Below, piece by piece: positions 1-11,569 of a DNA stretch of 64,000 bases. The notes beneath the pieces were generated by a model that ran no database searches, was not told the origin of the DNA, and was given only the letters and a program-made list of their open reading frames with translations. Source of the stretch: Cenococcum geophilum. Taxonomy: Eukaryota. The stretch lies in the NCBI GenBank assembly GCA_050273025.1, contig CP158635.1, forward strand, positions 24,614,001 through 24,678,000. Reading direction: 5' to 3'. A program made the position numbers and the translations under genes. Position 1 is the stretch's first letter. Each line of letters opens with the position of its first letter.

Positions 1-3000
1 GCTATTATTAATTTTATAGGCAAGTCTAAGTATTAGCTCTTCTATCTTTAGAGAAATAAACTTTTAAAGTAGGTCCACCTTCTATTTATCTGTCTTCTTA
101 GCGCGGACTATTAGCTTATTAAGCTCTCCCTTCTAAAACTAGTAATTACGCTCACCCTAGGGGAAATGGTTAAGCTTATTCTTTATAACCTAGGTTATAT
201 TAAGGACCTTATAGTAAATAGTAAGGTCTTTAAGTATATCTTCCTTAGTAGGCCATTTCTACGCAGATATATTGTTTAGGTTCTCGTATATAAGCTTTAG
301 GCCCTACTTAATAAACTTATAGGCCTTATTCTTTAGTATATCTAAGATATAAAGGATTTAGGACTAAACTGTATTAAAGTAGTCCTAGTCCCGGTTAAAG
401 ACTCCCTTAATCTTAATATGCCAGGTCTTAAAATTAGCTTATTATTCTAGTAAGGTACCTTTTCCGCTAAATATTAGCGGGTCTTTAAATCTCCGTTTTT
501 TCTACTAGGTTACTACTATTATTATAGGGGTTAATTATTTTAGAACGGTAATAGTCTCTACCTAGAAGTTAATAGTTCCTATTTAGGAAGCAATAAGCGT
601 ACTGTTCGGATCACGGTAGGGGGGGTTTTTAGTCTCAATTGATTTTTCTTTCTCTCCTACTTTTATAGGTGGAATTTGATGGATCTCCTGAGCTTGCTTA
701 GCTTACGTGGTCAACCCAATTAGTTATAAGTAATTGTGTCTACTATATTATAGAACCTTATTTAGACACTAGTAATAACTAAGAAATAAGAGAGAGAATA
801 AAAGATACTGGTAAATGAGTCCGTAGTCTCTATCCCTCTCCCTTTATAAACTTAGTCTAAAATGCCTCTGCCCTAGGGTCGCTGTAATAGCTAGGACAGG
901 GTTCTATATTAAGGTAGAAGTTAGAGGTATCCCCTTAATTATTGTCGTCGTTAGTATTGCTATTGCTGCCCTTAAAATTGGAGATATATTAACGTATTCT
1001 TTAGTCCCTTTCTTCCTTTATATAGTTCGTAGACTAATATCCAGCTTTACTGCATATAAAGCACTTTTTGCCCTTATTGCGGTATTAACGATTAGGGGGA
1101 TAATGTTGTTAGTTAGAGGAGTGGTGTCGTTGGTTAGAGGAGTGGTATCGTTAATTAGTATAGAATGATTTAATCTCTGGTTCTTAGTTACCGTACGTCG
1201 TAATTAAGGATTTAATGTCGCTAATAAGGCTAGCAAAGGTAGTAGCGGGTCGAAAGCAGGCTGGTTTACAAGCTGGTACGTCTTAGCACGCAGTAAGGAG
1301 CTTATTATAGAATGTTGTGTTATTTTAGAGGTCCTTTGCTAACCCACGTTGTAGCTGCTATATCTCGTTAATTAATACCTAAAATGCTTGGCCTGTATTA
1401 AGTCCTTTTTAAGTAGTAACTTATTTAAGCGTAATTGCATTCCACTTTAATAGGATATTGCGTTTATATTCGTCGCCTTTAAAGTATAATTTAAGGCCTA
1501 TGCATATATTCTCGAGAAGGTTAAGATCTTTAAGGTAGGTAAAGTAGTATTTAAGGGCAAGGCCGCGGAGTATAGTTGGAATAGCAATAATATAGGCCTG
1601 CTTAGGGACGCTGGCTTGGAGGCAGTAGTTTTAGAAGATCTTAAACTTAAAATTAAAGTTATCTTATTCGCTAGAGTATTTAACTTTGTCCGTGTAGAGC
1701 TTAGCTAAGTTGGTGATCTCTTTTCCGAAGTTTCCTTGTAGGGCGAGCTGGTCTGTAGCTTGGGTAATTCGTGCTAAAGTTAGGGTTGGATTTGATAGGG
1801 TATTTGATGGTTAAATAGCTTAAACGGGGGCAGTCGGTAGTAATGGTAGGGCTGGGGTAGGGTCGTCAGTAGGGCCGTCAGTAGGGTCGTCGGTAGGGTC
1901 GTCGGTAGGCCATTTTAAGAGAGTTGGTTCGTGAATAGTTCCTAAGAGGCTGTCTGCAATTGACTTCCTTGCCTCCTTCCGTACGTATACTCTATTTTTA
2001 TAGAGGTAATCCCTGATTTTTTTTAATCGATCCTTGCTAAGGTTATTAAGTATATCCTTTGTAAATAACTTAAAATCGTTAATAAAGCTCTCCCATAGGT
2101 CGAATCCCTTCCATTTATTCTCCTTGTATATCGATAAGCGCCAATTAACGAATGCTTTGACTTCCTTAATGTCGGTTACGGTCGCGTTAATTCCAGTCTC
2201 CTATTTTTTAGTATCTATCGCAGAGGTAGATTTTTTGGTATTCATCGCGGAGGTAGCCATCTTTTAGTTCCGCAGTTAATTTAATTTAACAGTTAGACTA
2301 AAAGTGTGGAAATACCTATAAACTAATTATTCTGAAGGCGTGATGGACGTAGGTTAGAAGCGCGAGTAACCTTATAAACTGGCCTTTAGGCTTAGCAAGC
2401 AATACCTTAATTCTTAGCCTTTAACGAGAGGTCTAGAGAATCAGACAGTGCCTCTCTTCGTTATACCTTGCTGATCTATGCGGCACTGATCAGTGTTCGG
2501 ATTACGGTAGGGGGGGTTTTTGGTCTCAATTGATTTTTCTTTCTCTCCTACTTCTACAGGTGGAATTTGATGGATCTCCTGAGCTCGCTTAGCTTACGTG
2601 GTCAACCCAATTAGTTATAAGTAACTGTGTCTACTATATTACAGAACCTTATTCAGACAGGTACTAAGGTTTTTATTAGCTTTTTTATTAGCAGTGTTTA
2701 TATTATATATATACTATAGTCCTACTTTAATATTATTAAGGAACTTATTAGTATAGTTAATAAGGGTAAGGTAAGCTTTACTAGGCTTAAAGGTCTTAGG
2801 GTACGGTAGGGAATAGCGGATTGTCTACGCGATATTAGGGTATATCTCTATAAAGAGGTCTATAAAAACGTCGCGGGGGTTCTAGGTTTCGGCCATTTTA
2901 GCGTTATTAGTGTCGCCTATTTAGGCGCTAGGTAAAAACTAAGAATTGTTCTAGGACTGTACTAGGGATATATTAGTTTCGGCAGAGGCGCATGTAGGTC

Positions 3001-3272
3001 GCGATTGCTTTAGGGCGGAGGTTAATTGGCTAGGGTATAGGGAATTAGTAATCGCGATGGGGCGTAGATTAAAGATACTACAAACTGTTACAGTGCTATA
3101 ATAAAGTAGACTAAATAACTACGTTATAGTATAAAGAGGGGAAGAAGGTGGAAAGGGGGTATTATATATAAATAGTAGGGTCAGCCGCCAAGTCGCTAGT
3201 AGTGGGCTAGCTAATAGTAGGAAATAGTACGAGACAGTATAAAACAGTATACGTTAGGTCAGTGCCGTAACA
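1..3272 (-). mobile_element. Ty3/gypsy LTR retrotransposon, 5' LTR and gag portion (RIP-degraded, runs off the window, interrupted by the element at 603-2659)
   Basis: LTR-like segment 3086-3272 bounded by TGTTAC...GTAACA. Minus strand of 1-510 reads as a stop-riddled retrotransposon gag (FKDPLIFSGKG...FKTWHIKIKGVFNRD...ILYILDILKNKAYKFI...KNKLNHFP*GERNY). Confidence 0.7.
603..2659 (-). mobile_element. Small non-autonomous (gag-only) Ty1/copia-type LTR element
   Basis: 166-bp TG...CA direct repeats at 603-768 and 2494-2659. Flanks CGTAC/GGTAC give a 4/5 TSD match. Minus-strand frame from ~2261 (MATSAMNTKK...FVNWRLSIYKENKWKGFDLWESFINDF) resembles the gag N-termini of the two full copia elements in this window. 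No pol is visible. Confidence 0.8.
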
Positions 3273-4422
3273 CTAAGTATATTAGTATATTAGTACGTCC
3301 TATATTTCTACGCTTCTACGTTTTAAACTTATAACGTAACTATATAACTTAGCTATCCCTTATTTTATAGCTCAATTAGTTTTAGTACCTTTTATACTAT
3401 CTTAACTAACCCGTTTATATCTCTTTTTAGTAGTATAACTACTATTAATATAAGGTCCGTAATAGACTAGCTATTTACTAGAGCTGGTATAAATAATATT
3501 ACCTAAATACTTTATATAAGTAGGGGCCTATATATAGTAGTATAATGGCTTATAGGCTAAGGAGTCCTTTAGTAGTTCTAAATATAGCGTATAAGATATA
3601 ATAGGAAGATATAGGAGGATATGCCCCCTTTTAGCCCCTTAGAGACTAGATACCCCCGCTATACTAAAGGCAATATATAGGCAAATTACTAAACCCTTCT
3701 ACTACCCCCTAGACCTTTTAAGATACCTTAAGGATATAGTATAAAAGGTAGATACACTATAAAGGTAAATAGGCTAGGTAAAGGCGGAGCGCGTAAAACT
3801 AGCTAAAATGTTATACCTAGGTTTTTCCCATAATAGGGATTTTTCCTATAAATAGAAGGTAGAGGCCTATATAGACCTAGAAAAGGGACTAAATTGGGCA
3901 ATAAATAGAACAAATAATAATAAAATAATAAATAAAGCTTTATATTAAAAAAAAGTGTAAAAATTATACCATATATAATATGATCTAATAAAAACTATAT
4001 ATATATTTTTTATTTCATATAAAGCTTTATTTACTATTTTATAAGCCATATTTAAATTTTTATATAAATAGCTATCATAGTTATTGAGATATAAATATTT
4101 TAAAAAGACTCTTTTCTTTTAGCTTTTTTTTTTCATAACCCTACTACTTTAGAGAGTCAGAAGCTAGTGTAAGACTTTGCATCTATTTTTAGCTATGAAG
4201 ATCACGACCTTTGTAATTTGAAGGGACGGTCTCAACCCCAAGCTCGTGATTTCGCGCAAACGCCTGGGTCAAAATTTCACGAGCTCATCCACCAAATTCC
4301 ACCACGCAGCCCACGCAAGCCACAGCCCCTCAAACTCACCCACGGAATCCCTAGAACCGCTCAATTAGCTCCTGTCCATCCTCTATCAACGTTTCCAGAG
4401 CTACAACCCCACCCGCACCAAA

Positions 4423-5046
4423 ATGAGCACCTCCGCGCCCTCCTCAACGCCCTCCTCCCCACTCTCCCCCGACCAACAACTCGCGCAGCGCAAACAGGAA
4501 CGGTGCCAGACAGTAACGCGCAACCTCTCGATAGCATGCCTGGTCGCGTGCCCGGTCATCGCGGCGCTCCCGCCGCGCAAGCTGGACCTCTACACCTTCG
4601 CGCTCGGCGGCGTCTGGGTGGTGTCGGCGAACCACGTCACGCGTTCGTATACCGGACACGGGATATGGCAGCACGTCGTGCCGCTGGGGGATAACTCGTC
4701 TTTGCCGACGGAGCGGGCGAGGGAGGTGCAGAGGGTGTTGAGGGAGCGGCAGGAGAGGGAGAAGGGGAGGGAGGGGGAGCGGAGGGGTGCTAGGGAGATT
4801 AGGGAGGAGGCGCTGCGGGAGTTGGGGAGGGGGGAAAAAGCGCGCGAGAGAGGATTGCTGGAGAGGGCGTGGATGGGGGATGAGAAGGAGGGGTGGAAGG
4901 AGAGGAGGTTGCAGGAGGAGAGGGAGGCGTTGGAGGAGGGAAGGGGGTATGGGAGTCTGATTATGGAGCAGATCTGGGAAGTGTGGAATTGGGGGAAGAA
5001 GAGGGAGGGTGAGGAGGACGGTGGTAAGAAGGAGGGGGATTTATAA
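4423..5046 (+). CDS. Conserved fungal hypothetical small membrane protein (207 aa)
   Basis: Intact ATG-TAA ORF at normal GC. Two hydrophobic segments surround CPVIAALPPRKLDLYTF, followed by LPTERA, an E/R-rich coil and WMG..EGWKERR..EEREALEEGRGYGSLIMEQIWEVWNW, a pattern I recall from a widespread Pezizomycotina family of unknown function. Confidence 0.85.
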   Translation: MSTSAPSSTPSSPLSPDQQLAQRKQERCQTVTRNLSIACLVACPVIAALPPRKLDLYTFALGGVWVVSANHVTRSYTGHGIWQHVVPLGDNSSLPTERAREVQRVLRERQEREKGREGERRGAREIREEALRELGRGEKARERGLLERAWMGDEKEGWKERRLQEEREALEEGRGYGSLIMEQIWEVWNWGKKREGEEDGGKKEGDL

Positions 5047-5475
5047 TTTGGGGAATAAAGAGGCGGGAGGATATAATGACGAGCTTGTATTTTATTGTAA
5101 GCATGGTCGGGCTGGGGGGAATTAGGGCATATGTGGAGTTTTTGGATATGCATCCGATAGTGGATACCACAGTGCAGCACTAGATGAACACCGCTGCCAA
5201 AGCCATGAAGCGTCCGAACGCCCTGTGCCGAATGAAAAAAAGGAAATTGGGAAGCGAATCGACTAGCAAGGAAGCGACGTTTCCTAGTGCCATACATCCC
5301 GGACCATATTACGCCACGCCAGTCGAATTTTAGGGGTCTTCAAGTACGATTTCTCGCATGCAATCCTAATATCGCCCCAACACTGAAGAATAAGCCTTCC
5401 CACGCTATCCACCTGTCCTTCCAAAGAATTACTTTACTAGCCCATGAAGCCAATCACGTCCGACACGAATTTCCC

Positions 5476-6128
5476 TTAACAGGCGTCCGCCTCTTCGACC
5501 TTGACGCGCTTCGCACTAGCACTCTCGTAGCTGTCTCCACCACCATAGGTTTCAACCTTGATCCCATCTGACAGCGGATATATTGCCGAAAAGGAGCGGC
5601 CACGCTTTTTGGCAAATTTAGCGATCATGGGGTTCATCGGGAGTGCCTCTTCGTCACCTGAGGGGCTACCATTGATGGCGGATCTAGGCTTAGACTTCGG
5701 AGTTGACTTCTTGCCAGAAGTGAATGTAGACTTTGCGGTCTTCGTCGAAGCAGCCGGGGTGGAAGTGCCACTGCCCTTGGCCCTGTTTTTGATTATACGA
5801 ACATGCTCGGTGATAGCTTTAGGAGTGCAATCTAATTCCCAATTTGGTTTAGCTAATTTGAGTATGACGACGGCTCATTTCTCCAATATCTTTAGCAGGG
5901 CAGGGTAGGTGGTTTATGGGCAGAAATGGACAAGAGTAGGATGTACGCACCCGTGCCCATAGCTGCAGCGATGCTGGCCAGGATCTCTTTGCTGAACTTG
6001 AGATCGAACTTTAAGAAAACTTCAGTGAAGAGCTGCGGCGAGTCAGCTGAAAAAGACTAATTGTAATTATTAGATAGGTAGCAATGTGTTACCTTGGCAT
6101 CTGCCTCGGGAGTCCAGTTCATGGGCAT
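5476..6128 (-). CDS. Small fungal protein (157 aa, 3 exons) with N-terminal Myb/HTH-like motif and basic low-complexity tail; not in the ORF track
   Basis: Exons 6128-6093, 6032-5951 and 5831-5476 are joined by GT-AG introns (6092-6033 with a GCTGAC branch site; 5950-5832). Product: MPMNWTPEADAKLFTEVFLKFDLKFSKEILASIAAAMGTDCTPKAITEHVRIIKNRAK...KKRGR...AKRVKVEEADAC*. A DNA-binding role is inference. Confidence 0.8.
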
Positions 6129-7509
6129 GTTAACGGCTGGTGTGGTTTCCTAGGACGGCCTGTGAGTAACAAGCTTGAAGGTCAAGGGTCACAATAGGGT
6201 AGAGGCAGGAGCAAGTTGAAGTGAGAGGCAAACCTTAGTTAACTGGAGTTAAGAGGATGCCTAGGATGAAAAGTAATTAGTATGGGGTAAATCGGTAAAT
6301 ATAGGATGAAATGAGGATGGGTGATGACAGGCTGACGTTGTGATTCGAGAAAGAGGGTGAGGAATGACTGACTGAGATGGACTGAGTCAAGTAAATTAGC
6401 GACCTTAGCTTACCAAGTGAGCCGAGCAAATGTGTAATGGATGTGTATGGCAGACTTATGAGAAGAGGGTTTGTGCTGTGAGGGGAGGCTCGGAATTATA
6501 ACTGAGAAGAAGTTTAAAAAGTAGAAGTGAGCTGAGTTGAGAGGAAAGAAAGAGAGTTGGGTGCACTGAAGTAGAAATCGAGCTAATGTTGTGGTAGCAG
6601 ACTTTTCACCGTGGGCACTAATATAGGACTAATGCGATATTCACCGAAGATCAGCTGACCATTTGGAAATGGAGATGAGGGCTGACTACGGTTAATGACC
6701 CGACTTTGCATGGTACAGCTACTTCTAAGTATCACATCCATAGTTACCATGAGGTTTATAGAAACCTGATATATGCAGACCAAATATCTCCCTCCCTCCC
6801 TACCTCCATCATCACTCGATGCGGTTTTCTGGCTGTCAGACATCAACTCCGATGAGGGATAATACTTTCTGAAATTATTACATAAACTGTAAGCAATTCT
6901 TTTACCAAAAATCATGATGAACACTACTCTCCTTCCTAGCAGAAGGCTAAGGATTGACAACTTGAATTCTCATGAACGAAAGAGTTCCGATGCATATTCC
7001 TGATACTTTTGACATATCTGAAAAATAGTGTGGCAATGATGAATGTGACTAGGAGTTGATAGAAGTGGGAGCGGGTGAAGTGAGGTTGAGGTTGGAACAG
7101 GAAAGTGGAGCAACGCGACCGGGGGGTTATTGCGGCAGTCTATTAGGTATCCCGCAGCTTGGCGAATAGCCGTCTCAATGCCAATCTATTAGATCACTGA
7201 GCGGGTATGGCGAGGAAGTGGGTGCGCAGCTCCATGAGGAAGAAGCTACTGTCAAACGCACGCGGAAAACTAATAGTCGTCCTTTTACCAAATTGATCAT
7301 AGATCAGGGGTGCTCCGTTTCATAGCCACCTCGTGTATATATAGGAGCTCTAGAACCTTAATTCAATACAACAGAGTTCTTATTCTGATTTGACGTTCGA
7401 CAGCTACGGAGCTCAAGAAGTTATTCTAGAAAGTGGCCCGTGCCCCAGCCAAGCTCTAGAGACTAACCCTTTGGAATACGCGGCCCAGCAAGCCGCGCAT
7501 TACTCTATG

Positions 7510-8185
7510 AGGCATATTGCCAGGGTGTACGGTAGGGAGCAGGCAAGCCGAGCAAGGGTCACGGGAGTGTCGATGGAAGAGGACGATATGGTAAAGAGTA
7601 TAGGCATAGCCTACAGAGACGAACGGATAAAGAAGAGGAGGCAAGCCCGAGGAGCTTAGCGAACATACATATATCCGCAAGCTGATATCGCTAACCTTTT
7701 TTGTCAAAAAGGTGATTCTACCTAGGTATAGTATTCGAGGCTCGGCTGATCGTCGGTCAGCCAAAAGTCACGTGTTCGGCCACATATTCGCGTATATCCA
7801 CAGCGCCACCAGCGCCAAGCTGTGGATATACGCGTATTAAGGGCCGCCCGCTGATCGAGCCGCTGATCGACGGTAGAGACACCCTCCTTAATAGCTATAA
7901 GCTCTAGGCTAAAGGCGCCGCCTTATCCCCATAGTGCTTTTATAAGGGTTATTTTAACCCTTGCTCGGGTGCATCGCCGCTTAGAGGTAGCCAAGGCCTA
8001 GCCGAAGGCTAGGCTTGGCACCTCCTTATAAGCACCTCAGGCTTGCGGCCCTTTCCCTCCTCATCGGTTCGTCTCCGTACGAAGCTATTGTCATACTCTT
8101 TACCATATCGTCCTCTTCCATCGACTCTCCTTGTGGCTCATGCTCGGCTTGCCTGCTCCCTACCGTACACCTGGGCAATATGCCT
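7510..8185. repeat. Diverged ~150-bp inverted repeat (7510-7659 / 8029-8185) with a central perfect 16-bp hairpin (7789-7834)
   Basis: AGGCATATTGCC...GTGTACGGTAGGGAGCAGGCAAGCCGAGCA...GTCGATGGAAGAGGACGATATGGTAAAGAGTAT is found reverse-complemented at 8029-8185. CGCGTATATCCACAGC / GCTGTGGATATACGCG form a stem. Confidence 0.9.
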
Positions 8186-8217
8186 TACAGTTTTCCTATA
8201 AATCTCGCCAAAGTCTT

Positions 8218-8318
8218 TCAGACTAAGAAAACGATTACCGTCCTAAATCAGCTTAGCGGGCGGTGCGGATATTCCTATACCCGCATAATCGATTTCTTGG
8301 TCTGAGCTTCTGAGGTAA
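8218..8318. mobile_element. Orphan terminus related to the right end of the AcademH-like element
   Basis: TTTCTTGGTCTGAGCTTCTGAGGTAA (8293-8318) aligns with TTTCTTGGTCTGAGCATGCTGAGTCAA (33294-33320). It has the same sub-terminal hairpin (TCAGACTAAGAAA...TTTCTTGGTCTGA) with GCGGATAT in the loop. Confidence 0.7.
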
Positions 8319-8447
8319 CTGTGGATATACTATTGATTAAAAAGACTCTTAAAACGAGAAGTCACATGATCTCCGGGTTGTCCCCACCAGTGCCCCCACA
8401 CTATATAATAACTATTAGTTACACAGTGACTTGCAAAATCTCTTCAC

Positions 8448-10283
8448 TTATTCAGCCGGGTGTAAAACACCTTGTTCTCTAAAGACAGAGCTCTCTATCC
8501 CGTCACCAGCTAGTAACCAACTTAAACTCGCTGGCTTGACTTCTAGCGCCCCTGGAGAGCCGCTAGTAGGAGGAATTCCAGACTCACAATTGAACGACTG
8601 TACTACCGTGACAAATTGTCCCCGTATTAGCGGAATGCCCCCAGGGAAGTGTGGCCCAACCAGAGGGACGGTGACGTGGTCCGAGTATGCCTCTGCCTGG
8701 CCGTACGGAGTGCCATCGACGAAAACCTGGACCAAAGCGCCGGGAAGGACGTCGCTCACCTTGACGCTGAGGCTGATCTCGAAAATTTCCGGCTGGTCGA
8801 AGGATGGCGGGTCTAATTTCTCTGGCAGTCGGTTGACGGTGGGATGGTCAGGGGACTCGACGGTGCTGCCACAGCCGTCTTGGCGCAGAAAGAGCTTGCG
8901 GTCACGGGTCAGCTTCTCCCACAGTATGGGAGTGTGGATTATCGGGGGTTTGAAGCTCTCGTCAGCAACGGCGGGCGTGGAGAGCTGCACGTTGCTGAGG
9001 GGGGATTCTTCCCACCAGAGAGTCGTACGTGCGGAGGGATTTCCAGCGAAGGCGAAGAAAGAGCTGCATTCATAGAGGTCGGTGAGAAAGCGGGGCTTGT
9101 GGAGGGAGGTGTCGGTATTTAGCGAGACTGTGCCTGAATCGCTCTTGTGGCCGCAAGCATCGATCTAGAAGAATGTCGTAGAAGTAGAGGGGTCCAGCGT
9201 CCACCCATCAGGGAGGGGAACGTCGCCATATCCGTTGCCCCACTCGAAACCATCCTTCGCGCCTGTAGCGTCTATATGGATAAGCACCAGCGTACCGCCG
9301 TCTACTAGCCCCGAGAACTCCAAAGATGGCGAGTCGGGGCATGGCGGTGGTGAATTAGTTGGGACGGGTGGATCCGTAGCGGAGGCGACCAAAAATGTCT
9401 GAGGTGCGCCCGGTGCCTTTTCGCATTGTGAAGGGAGAGGCTGCTGAGCGAATACCACAATGCCCTCTTTCAGCGGTTCCATGAGAGACAATGTGAAGTG
9501 AAAATTCGGCGAATGGAAGCTGGAGGGGGCGCCATTGTTGTCCATCCTGTACAAGGATCCCGGAACACCTCCATTCATGTTGATTGTGGTTTGACATTCA
9601 TGCAGTGAGTCGGTGCTAAGTTCTGTTCCTGCGTTGCGAATGAAAAGGTCGTAAAGCTCGAGCGGGTCCGTGTTTACGGTGCCGGTGAGCGTTATGCCGG
9701 CAAAGGTGATACTCTGCGATACCTGGAGGACATCGCCTGCGAATAAGAACACGTTAGGATCTAGGTCGATCCAAATATCGGAACTGCCAAATGATGTTGT
9801 TTCGCCTAAAGTAACGGATCTAGAAGAGACCTTGACAGTGGCCCCGACCAAGACATCGGAAACTTGGATGGCGTTTATACACGTGTGAACCAGCGAAGTG
9901 ATGGTTGGAGGTCCTGGCTGCTTGAACGGGTTGACCAAAATCAGGCCTTTGGAAGATGTTGCGCCTCTACCACCATCGGAGAATTGTTGTGCGACGAGTT
10001 CATGCCCGACCACTAAAGGTGCCACGACGGGAATAACGCCTGTGCCATGCCTGATGTGCGTGGGCATTCCTTCAGCAACAATTCTATTTGTGTTCGCATC
10101 GAAAACAGTTACATCGTGGACAGTTGAGACCAAGTTAGTGACTTGAATAAAGGTGGAGGCTTCAGTTATTGGACCCAAAATTGTAGGTGGTCCAGGAGGA
10201 AAGGTTGCTAGAGCTGATGTGATAAGGAATATAGTGAGGAGAAACGACTTTGGATACATTTCAAGGAATAAGAAGACGGACAT
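8448..10283 (-). pseudogene. Secreted ~600-aa protein of tandem ~90-aa beta-rich (Ig-like) repeats, interrupted by one in-frame TAG at 9165-9167
   Basis: ORFs 9165-10283 and 8448-8990 are in the same frame, and the 58 codons between them are open (IDACGHKSDSG...LYECSSF). There is a signal-peptide-like MYPKSFLLTIFLITSALA (ATG 10259) and a repeated motif P.I....C...v.V..v.pGA.V.V...L..G..l.v.Q. No introns. Confidence 0.8.
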
Positions 10284-10520
10284 TATATTTGACTGATAAC
10301 AACCTCGATTGTGAAACAGGATCTAAGAAGGGAGCGGGGACAAAAACAGAATACAATGGCATCAATGCTGTTCAGCTGAAAATGTTACAGCTGAAAGACC
10401 AATTGCTGCAGCCAAGAGACTTGGCGAAAGTTCGTCCTTTCCATTGAGGCCTCACTTCACCCCGCCGCGCTAAAAACTCGCTAATGCTCGCTTAATTTGA
10501 GCCACCAAATATGTTAACCT

Positions 10521-10559
10521 CAGTGATGTCCCTCCTTAGCGAGTTGCAGATTCGGTACA
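10521..10559 (+). repeat. Partial, internally deleted copy of the MITE TIR at 10901
   Basis: CAGTGATGT...CCTTAGCGAGTTGCAGATTCGGTACA matches the TIR at 10901-10958. Confidence 0.8.
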
Positions 10560-10900
10560 CCTCTTACCTCTACAACTACTTCGCAACGGCTTAAATTAAC
10601 GCCTACCATTAAAATACGTTTTAAATACATTAAACTAATTAATTTCTATTATCTAAATACGTTGCGAAAGTGATATAGCTACAGCGAAGGCGTTAAGAGA
10701 TGGTATAGGTGAACCCCAAATAAACTTTAAATAGGATTTTAAAGTGAGATCCAAACGTTATTATAATATATTCTAATTATAGCAGGGTTCCTCTAAGAGA
10801 AACCTTAGGGGTTGTTCGGTTGCAAATCGCCTCTATTTCATAATTGTTCAATCCGCGCGCCTTTTAGTGTCGCCCGTTTTGTAATTAGTGGTGGCTACTA

Positions 10901-11423
10901 CAGTGATGTGCACGACCAGCTTCACCCCCCCCCCTTAGCGAGTTGCAGATTCGGTACAGGTATCCAATTTCGCCTGATTGCCAACAACTGTACATAGTAA
11001 TTGTAGCGAACGGCCATGGCTACGCGCAAGGACCTTTTTGGCTGCCCTGGAGAATCGCCTTGGTTGCCCTAGAGATTCGCGGTTGGCCAGGAGAACCAAA
11101 TTGAAGACGTACGCTTCCTCTTCTCCCCCTTAACTACGCCTACGTTATGGCCGCCAAAACGCGAATACAACGCCGCCTCCTCAATTGCCGATGAAATTTG
11201 GCAATATCGTACGAGTGGAAACCTTACGATATTTGACAAAGATCACGACACTGCGGAGGAAGGCCGGTCGTAAGTCCGCCAGAAGTAAAGTTCTTGCAGC
11301 CAAGCATACAGCTTCGCTACAATTACTATGTACAGTCGGTGGCAATCAGGCGAAATTGGATACCTGTACCGAATCTGCAACTCGCTAAGGGGGGGGGGGT
11401 GAAGCTGGTCGTGCACATCACTG
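10901..11423. mobile_element. MITE (Tc1/mariner-type), 523 bp
   Basis: Near-perfect ~110-bp TIRs starting CAGTGATGTGCACGACCAGC (10901-11010 / 11314-11423), flanked by TA on both sides. Interior is non-coding. Confidence 0.9.
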
Positions 11424-11569
11424 TACTATGGCTTATTTGAATCTGTAATTGAGTCGATTGTTCGGTAAGGCTCCATAACGAGGCTCCAGATTTGACTTTG
11501 TATAATGTATGATTGACGTTGGTGAGCGATTCGAATGAGCCCCTCTCTGCCACCAGGCCTCTATCGCGA

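Noticed and set aside
4218..5908. Alternative ORFs 4218-4694, 4590-5297, 5287-5571, 5558-5908
   Set aside because: Shadow or antisense frames of the two real genes, with no recognisable motifs.
6583..6960. 125-aa ORF with non-ATG start
   Set aside because: No ATG start, motifs or splice support; probably intergenic.
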